Shown here in pieces: positions 59,001 to 64,000 of a stretch of DNA of 64,000 nucleotides. The position numbers and the translations under genes were made by a program. The notes under the pieces were generated by a model. The model made no database searches and was not told where the DNA came from. It was given only the letters and a program-made list of their open reading frames with translations. Location of the stretch: assembly GCA_039208735.1 (NCBI GenBank), contig JBCCQY010000010.1, forward strand, positions 1-64,000. Reading direction: 5' to 3'. The DNA is from Myxococcota bacterium (GTDB lineage: Bacteria; Myxococcota_A; UBA796; GCA-2862545). The number at the start of each line of letters is the position of its first letter. The first letter of the stretch is position 1.

Positions 59001-59537
59001 CGCCCCTACCACATGGACCCTGGCCTCAACCACGGGATTCCCGAGGAATTCCAGGTTCGTGGGTACCCGATCCTCTCGATTCGCAGCCTGCCGCAGCAGC
59101 GCGAATGGTGGCAGCAGTACTTTGGGGCCGACGACCCGCTCGACATTCGCGACGTCTGGCCCGAGAACTTCTCGACGAACTCCGCGCAGAAGGTCTGGGC
59201 GGCAAGGCTCGCCTCGCGCCACCCGAACCTCGCGCTGCTCGATTTGTCGAGCTTCAAGTGCGGCCACGATGCGCCGACCTACGGCATCATCGACAACATC
59301 GTGAAAGCGGCCAACGTCCCCTATGCGGCGTTGCATGACCTCGACGCGAACAAGCCCGGCGGATCCATCCTCATCCGCGTCCGGACGTACGTGCACAAGC
59401 TGAAGCTCGTCGAGGACGAACTCCGCGAGAAAGCCGAGGCCCACGCCGAACTCGACCGCTTGCTCGAGGCCAAACGAGCCGAACTCAAGGCCCAAATCCT
59501 GGCCCGCCGCCGCGAACTCATCAATGCTGCCAAGTAG
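56064..59537 (+). CDS. CoA-substrate activase with two BadF/BcrAD ATPase domains plus DUF2229-like reductase domain (PlsA/Ger-like)
   Basis: GIDVGSTT, GGQDAK, NDKCASGTG, KCGVFAE; second copy GLDGGSTS, GGQDIK, NQCSAGNG, GCAVF; CHFCPNLC...FSCE; GIPRVLN, PCYPSK, GRPYH, SFKCGHD. Confidence 0.9.
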   Translation: MTPRRLAIGIDVGSTTVKAVVCDRDTLEIVWQDYKRHETRQPEMVQEFLVRIGDAFPHAEDLRVFCTGSGSGPLAKPIGAKFVQEVNAVTLAVERLHPNVGSVVELGGQDAKIIMFREQQGPDGKVEKTAITSMNDKCASGTGATIDKCMLKVGMEPSVIGNLRFDPTRLHHVAAKCGVFAETDIVNLVKSGIPSDEIMNSLADAIVHQNLSVLTRGNTLRDEVLLLGGPNKYLPFLVTCWRMRIRESWESRGYDYPKDRPIEELVYTPDNAEYYAAFGAVLYGITDAAAKLEGQYLGLNGLRDYIANGRSARLGDSAAGPLVETQDELDAFTAEYTIPKFEAREFKKGEVVRGVIGLDGGSTSSKAVLVDYEDGEVVYKAYTLSKGNPIQDTKDILAEIKGYVESFGASLECMGFGATGYAADVLEESVRADVNIVETVAHMQSAVRYVPDADVVCDIGGQDIKVLFLRENESGGRDVKDFRLSNQCSAGNGMLLQAMADQFGVPLQEYASTAFSAGLAPKFSYGCAVFLDADRVNFQKEGFQKAEMLAGLAQVLPKNVWQYVVQVPRLAEFGRVYVLQGGTQRNLAAVKAQVDYIKDRVPNAKVVVHPHCGEAGAIGAAMETLRVVKKRGESTFIGIDQAIDLAYSTKNDESTVCHFCPNLCSRTFIDTETPDGRTSRYISGFSCEKGTVESKDALKALQKERNATRKQFPNLVEYESKLAFQHFREPAPLPHAGSSKNDVHVRRLSFRRVVRKAIQRGFKRSNVDLTKVKIGIPRVLNLYTVAPFVRTYFETLGMPKQNIVFSTPTSEEMWQEGGRYGSIDPCYPSKVIQAHVHELLFHAHKDERKRRGPLDYIFFPCITHIPTWMDGVMDSTSCTIVAGAPNVTKAAFTKEIDFFAREGIEFLDPSLNFTEPNLLKKQLFDGFGPVLGITEDESDWAVDEAFKAMDDFAERMQKAGREILDRVKRENRVAILMIGRPYHMDPGLNHGIPEEFQVRGYPILSIRSLPQQREWWQQYFGADDPLDIRDVWPENFSTNSAQKVWAARLASRHPNLALLDLSSFKCGHDAPTYGIIDNIVKAANVPYAALHDLDANKPGGSILIRVRTYVHKLKLVEDELREKAEAHAELDRLLEAKRAELKAQILARRRELINAAK

Positions 59538-59572
59538 ACTTTCCCGACCCGTGAGATGGATGGAGCGCCCCC

Positions 59573-61171
59573 ATGATGTCCGATGAAGCCGATCTGGACC
59601 CCAGCGAATCGCTGAACGACGCCGAACGCGAAGAACTCGAACGGGAACTCGCGGGATTCCGTGCCGAGCAGGTCAAGGCGCTTGGCCTCGACCGGCCGCA
59701 GTACACCGAGCAGGTCTCGGCCGAATTCTGGGCGGATCAGCGTCCCCACACCACCATCTTGGTCTCGGGACTTTCGCTGGCCCACGACCACCTCGTGACC
59801 GCGGCGCTCGCCGGGATTGGCTACAAAGTGGCCACCCTCGACGTTCCTGACGTTGAGTCCCTCCAGGTGGGTAAGGAATTCGGAAACCGGGGGCAGTGCA
59901 GCCCGACGTACTTCACGGTCGGCAACCTGGTAAAGACGCTCATCCACAAGCGCGACGTCGAAGGCGAGTCGGTCGAAGACATTGTCAACAGCTACGTCTT
60001 CCTGACGGCCGGGGGCTGCGGCCCGTGCCGGTTCGGCATGTACGTCACGGAGTACCGCAAGGCCTTACGCGACGCGGGCTTTGACGGCTTCCGGGTCATG
60101 ACCTTCCAGATGGCGGGCGGCATCAACCAGGCCACGGGCAAGGAACTCGGTCTCAAGATCGACCCCACCTTCGCCTGGCAGATCGTCCGGTCGCTCATCG
60201 CAGGGGATGTGCTCAACCTCATGGGCTACCGTCTGCGGCCCTACGAAGTGGTGCCCGGCAGCACCAACGAAGCCATTGAGCAGTGCAAGGCCGTGTTGTC
60301 GCACACGCTGCGGAACCGTGGCCGCATCTCGCTCGCCATGCTGAAATGCCGCCGCATCCTTGGCAAGGTCAAGGTCGACCGCACCCAGCCCAAGCCGGTG
60401 GTCAGCCTCATCGGTGAGTTCTGGGCCATGACCACCGAAGGCGACGGCAACTACCACATGCAGAAGTTCCTCGAGAAGGAGGGCGCCGAGGTCGACATCC
60501 AGGGCATCACGAACTGGTTGTTGTTCCTGTTGTGGGAAGCCGGGTACGACACCGAGGTCCGGCAGGAGCTGCGCAACGAAGACGAAGCGCGCAAGGGCCT
60601 CAAGGGCAAGGACGCGACCAAGAAGATCTGGGGCGTCAAGGCCGGCTACTACGCGGTTCGGGCCATCTTCCAGACCTACGCGAACATCGTCGGGCTGCAC
60701 AACTACCACCTCCCCGACATGCACGAAATCGCTCGAATCTCGAAGGAGCACTACAGCAACGACGTCCGCGGTGGCGAAGGCCACATGGAAGTCGGCAAGC
60801 TCATCCACTTTGTGGTCGACAAGGTCAACCACATGACGGTGTCGGTCAAGCCGTTTGGCTGCATGCCGAGTTCGGGCGTTTCGGACGGCGTGCAAAGCCG
60901 CGTGCTGGGGGACTACCCCGAGGCCATCTTCGTCGCGATCGAGACCACCGGCGACCAGGAAGTCAACGCTCACTCGCGCGTGCAGATGCAGATGTTCAAG
61001 GCCCGTCAGCGGGCCCAGGAAGAGTTCGAGCGCGCACTCGAAGAGACGGGCCTCACCAAAGAGGAGTTCAAGCGGCGGGTTGCCAAATCTTGGCGATTCC
61101 GCAACAGCTTCGTGCGGCCGAAGCACCGGGTGGCGGGCCTCGCCGCCAACCTCGTCTACGCGGTGGCGTGA
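59573..61171 (+). CDS. 2-hydroxyacyl-CoA dehydratase-like Fe-S subunit (PlsR-like)
   Basis: GQCSPTYFTVG, GGCGPCRFGMY, IGEFWA, GGEG and KPFGCMPS motifs; directly downstream of the activase. Confidence 0.87.
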   Translation: MMSDEADLDPSESLNDAEREELERELAGFRAEQVKALGLDRPQYTEQVSAEFWADQRPHTTILVSGLSLAHDHLVTAALAGIGYKVATLDVPDVESLQVGKEFGNRGQCSPTYFTVGNLVKTLIHKRDVEGESVEDIVNSYVFLTAGGCGPCRFGMYVTEYRKALRDAGFDGFRVMTFQMAGGINQATGKELGLKIDPTFAWQIVRSLIAGDVLNLMGYRLRPYEVVPGSTNEAIEQCKAVLSHTLRNRGRISLAMLKCRRILGKVKVDRTQPKPVVSLIGEFWAMTTEGDGNYHMQKFLEKEGAEVDIQGITNWLLFLLWEAGYDTEVRQELRNEDEARKGLKGKDATKKIWGVKAGYYAVRAIFQTYANIVGLHNYHLPDMHEIARISKEHYSNDVRGGEGHMEVGKLIHFVVDKVNHMTVSVKPFGCMPSSGVSDGVQSRVLGDYPEAIFVAIETTGDQEVNAHSRVQMQMFKARQRAQEEFERALEETGLTKEEFKRRVAKSWRFRNSFVRPKHRVAGLAANLVYAVA

Positions 61172-62130
61172 TCGGGCTGCGTGGGCGAACGCCTCGGGGT
61201 CAACACCTCGACGAGTTCGGTCACGCGGTCAAGGGCGGCGCTCACGTCGAGCGCGCCGTCCGTGACAACATGAATCACCTCGCCGGTACGCAGCTCGGAA
61301 GCGGGGTGCGCTGCCAGCACGTCGAGCACGGGCCCTCGCACCGCATCTCGGGCCAGTCGCCGCCCGAGTTCTCCGAGATCGCTCGAGCTGGCGCTTAGCG
61401 CCTGATCGAGGACCAGATCGCCCAGCGGCCCCCCGGGGCCTTGGCGTGCCTTCACCCGAGTGCTGATGGGCAACGGAACGGGCAGCTCCGCGCGAATGGA
61501 CAAGGTCCAGTGGTCATCCTTGAGGCGGGGGCCCACCAATGACAGGCCCACCCCATCGACCATGCCGCGCAGCTCGCCGGGACGTCCGGGCGTAGGCACG
61601 GGGCGAGGCACGGCCGGCAGGACGCGCTCCAATCCCGTTTCGATGAGCTCCCGGTAGCGGCGCTGCAGTTGTCGCACCATCGTCACGACGCTCTGGATGC
61701 CGTCGGCGAGTTCGACCTGGCGTTGCGCACTGGTGAAGGGCGAGAATTGTCGGGGGCGACGCAAGATGACCGAAGCCCCGAGTTCGACTCGCCAGCCTCG
61801 AGCCTGGAGCCGATCCACGATGGGTTGGATGGGCACCATCAACCGCTCTCCGTCGCGGCCCGCCTTCTTCGTGCCAAGGCGAAACCCTCGGGGCGTGGGA
61901 AAGGGTAGCTTGGCCCGAACGCTCCAAGGGTCGTTCGGTTCAACGTCCACCTGGACCACCACGTAGACCCCGTCGCGACGTCCGCTCCAGCGCCCAAGTT
62001 CGGTCACGACAAGCCCATGTTCCCGGGCTTGTCGTGACTGCTCGACCCACAACTGCGCGCGGCGCTGCCGGAGGGCGCCCATCAGCGCCGCCATGGCCGA
62101 CAGGCCAGTGATCACGATCCACGGATCCAT
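61156..62130 (-). CDS. Hypothetical membrane-anchored protein with internal duplication
   Basis: N-terminal TM segment; two similar segments G..DGV......W...RA.LP.P. Confidence 0.7.
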   Translation of the reverse strand: MDPWIVITGLSAMAALMGALRQRRAQLWVEQSRQAREHGLVVTELGRWSGRRDGVYVVVQVDVEPNDPWSVRAKLPFPTPRGFRLGTKKAGRDGERLMVPIQPIVDRLQARGWRVELGASVILRRPRQFSPFTSAQRQVELADGIQSVVTMVRQLQRRYRELIETGLERVLPAVPRPVPTPGRPGELRGMVDGVGLSLVGPRLKDDHWTLSIRAELPVPLPISTRVKARQGPGGPLGDLVLDQALSASSSDLGELGRRLARDAVRGPVLDVLAAHPASELRTGEVIHVVTDGALDVSAALDRVTELVEVLTPRRSPTQPDHATA

Positions 62131-62149
62131 GACTCAACCGTAGCCTGCG

Positions 62150-64000
62150 CTACCCCTCGGGCGACGTCCAATTGCGCTGGAACGAAAACCGGAACGTCGA
62201 TCCGATGCCCACCTCGGATTCAACGCTCAGATCACCCCCCAATTGTTCAGCCAAGCGCTTTGCGATCGACAGGCCAATGCCCGCTCCACCACCGGTCGAG
62301 GAAAGGCGAACGAACGGCACGAACAGCATCTCCAGACGATCCTTGGCGATGCCTACCCCATCGTCCGCCACGGTCACGAAGACCGTGTGCGCATCGGCAT
62401 GGACGCAAAGCCGCACCGTCCGACCTTGGCTGTGCTGAATCGCATTCATGAGCAGGTTGGTACAAACCTGGCGAACCCGTCGATGATCCGTCTTGGCGGT
62501 GCCCAACCCTTCAGGCACTTCAACATCGAAGCGGGCCCCCACGTCGAGAACCGCAGGACGGGTGATGGCAAGGATCTCGTCGAAGACCACGTCCAACGGC
62601 TGCTCGACAACGTTGAGATCGAGACGACCCGCTTCGATCCTAGAGATGTCGAGCACATCGTCGATGAGGCCGAGCAGGTGCCGACCCGCAGACAAGATCC
62701 GCCCCAAGTCGACCTGCGCGTCTTCTTCAAAGACATCTTCGAGAACCAACTCGGTGTAGCCAATGATCGCGTTGAGCGGTGTGCGCAGCTCGTGGCTCAT
62801 CGAAGCGAGGAACCGGTCTTTGGCCGCACTCGCCTCCCGTGCCGCCGCGATGGCCCGAATCTGCTGGGCTTCCGCCGCAAGTCGCGGGGTGAGATCCGCA
62901 AGGGCATACACCATCCGGGGCTGGCCCTCGGGGGTCTGCACGCGCGCGCGATTGACGTGGACGGGCACCGACCACCGTTGTCCCGGCACCCGCAGTTGGT
63001 ATTCATCGGCGAGCCCGTCTTCGAGGCGTTCGAGGCACGCTGAGAAGTTCGTCGGCAGCGCCGCGCGCTCGCCATGGGCCAACAACGTCACCGCGGCATC
63101 GTTCGTATCGACCGTCGTGCCGTCCTCGCCCGCCACCACGACGGGTGCGGGGACCGAGCGAAGCAGCGCATTGGCAAACCGATGGGCTCCTTCGGCATCG
63201 GCCACCCGCTCTTCGAGTTGCTCGGCCAGCTGCGCGTTGCGCACCGCCACCGCGGCATGCGCAGCCAAGCTCCGGGTCAAGGACGCCGCCTCGCGCAGTT
63301 TGCCGCCGGGAAGGCCCTGGCTGTCCAGATACAACGCCCCAACGACGACATCGTCGACCACCAGTGGCATGCACATCGCCGCCCGCAGGTTCATCGCCAC
63401 AACGCTGGCATTGCCACGCAGGTCGCCTCGCTCTTCCAGGTCGGACGCCACCACCTCCCGACCCGACTGCAGGACGCGGCGAACGATCGACATGGAAGGT
63501 GGGCTTGCGAGCCCCCGCCCCGCACGCGCCACGATGTTGACCTCCTGGCCGTCCGCCAACACCACCAACGCACGGTCCACCTCGACGAGATCGACGGCTG
63601 CATGGGCGAGATCTTCGAGGACTTGGCCAAGCGACGCTTGCATCGCAACCCGAACCGCCACCGTGGTGAGTCGTTCGAGATCCGACAACGTGCGATCGGG
63701 ACGCGCACGCTCGAGGATCGATCGGGCCCACTCGAGGAGCGGGGGACGAACAAACTCCTCGGCGTAGTGAACCACCGCTTCCGCCTCGGCCACGGCGCGG
63801 TCCGGCTGCCCAGCGGCCACCCACGCTTCCGAAATCCACAACCGAGCAATTGCGAGTTCGCCGGTAGCGCCGAGTTCTCGGAGTTGGGCCAACGCCCGTG
63901 AGGCGGGCTCGTCGACCGCGTCAAACCGACCGGCCCGCGCTTCGGCCAGGGCGCGCATCGCCCACACCCGGGCCACCTCGTCCTTCGCTTCGACGGCGGT
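62150..64000 (-). CDS. Sensor histidine kinase, C-terminal part (TPR-like helices, GAF, PAS-like, HisKA, HATPase); 5' end beyond the window
   Basis: Frame is open to position 64000; GALYLDS (GAF), FLASMSHELRTPLNAIIGY (H-box), NLLMNA, DDGVGI, GIGL, GSTF. Confidence 0.93.
   Translation of the reverse strand, partial: TAVEAKDEVARVWAMRALAEARAGRFDAVDEPASRALAQLRELGATGELAIARLWISEAWVAAGQPDRAVAEAEAVVHYAEEFVRPPLLEWARSILERARPDRTLSDLERLTTVAVRVAMQASLGQVLEDLAHAAVDLVEVDRALVVLADGQEVNIVARAGRGLASPPSMSIVRRVLQSGREVVASDLEERGDLRGNASVVAMNLRAAMCMPLVVDDVVVGALYLDSQGLPGGKLREAASLTRSLAAHAAVAVRNAQLAEQLEERVADAEGAHRFANALLRSVPAPVVVAGEDGTTVDTNDAAVTLLAHGERAALPTNFSACLERLEDGLADEYQLRVPGQRWSVPVHVNRARVQTPEGQPRMVYALADLTPRLAAEAQQIRAIAAAREASAAKDRFLASMSHELRTPLNAIIGYTELVLEDVFEEDAQVDLGRILSAGRHLLGLIDDVLDISRIEAGRLDLNVVEQPLDVVFDEILAITRPAVLDVGARFDVEVPEGLGTAKTDHRRVRQVCTNLLMNAIQHSQGRTVRLCVHADAHTVFVTVADDGVGIAKDRLEMLFVPFVRLSSTGGGAGIGLSIAKRLAEQLGGDLSVESEVGIGSTFRFSFQRNWTSPEG

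Noticed and set aside
2650..63901. Many long alternative-frame or antisense ORFs (e.g. 3733-5493, 6804-8000, 35801-37450, 50614-52581)
   Set aside because: Shadow ORFs of GC-rich genes: Arg/Pro/Gly-rich, with no motifs, and largely overlapping well-supported CDSs.

Overview
GC-rich (visually about two-thirds G+C) bacterial chromosomal segment. Gene content (eukaryote-like Ser/Thr kinases, a DUF1592/DUF1552 pair, a TraB-like OmpA protein, a TIGR02996-like protein) suggests a Myxococcota/deltaproteobacterial-type lineage; this is inference. The window opens inside a 16S rRNA gene (minus strand) with its leader and promoters. It then carries housekeeping genes (ftsY, smc, nupC-family transporter, dcd, thrABC, rnj, glyA-nrdR-ribD, tRNA-Ile2 CAT) interleaved with signalling and envelope genes, and ends inside a GAF/PAS histidine kinase. 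I saw no CRISPR array, integrase, transposase or prophage. Most interesting: (1) a class-III aminotransferase-LuxE-LuxC operon without luciferase, a candidate fatty-amine pathway; (2) a membrane pseudokinase with an extracytoplasmic helix-hairpin-helix domain, translationally coupled to a nucleoside transporter and divergent from dCTP deaminase, a candidate DNA-sensing/scavenging module; (3) a fusion of a long-GreA-like N-terminal domain, a pseudokinase and a PP2C phosphatase; (4) a PlsA/PlsR(Ger)-like operon for anaerobic ether lipid synthesis; (5) a pair of paralogous secreted proteins of unknown function; (6) a recurring TA dinucleotide 11-13 nt upstream of mostly SD-less start codons, suggesting frequent leaderless mRNAs; (7) an SMC with long arms and a reduced hinge; (8) a tRNA boxed by 10-bp inverted repeats between opposing promoter-like elements. 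All domain calls are by-eye motif recognition, not database searches, and some start codons were re-picked from the ORF track.
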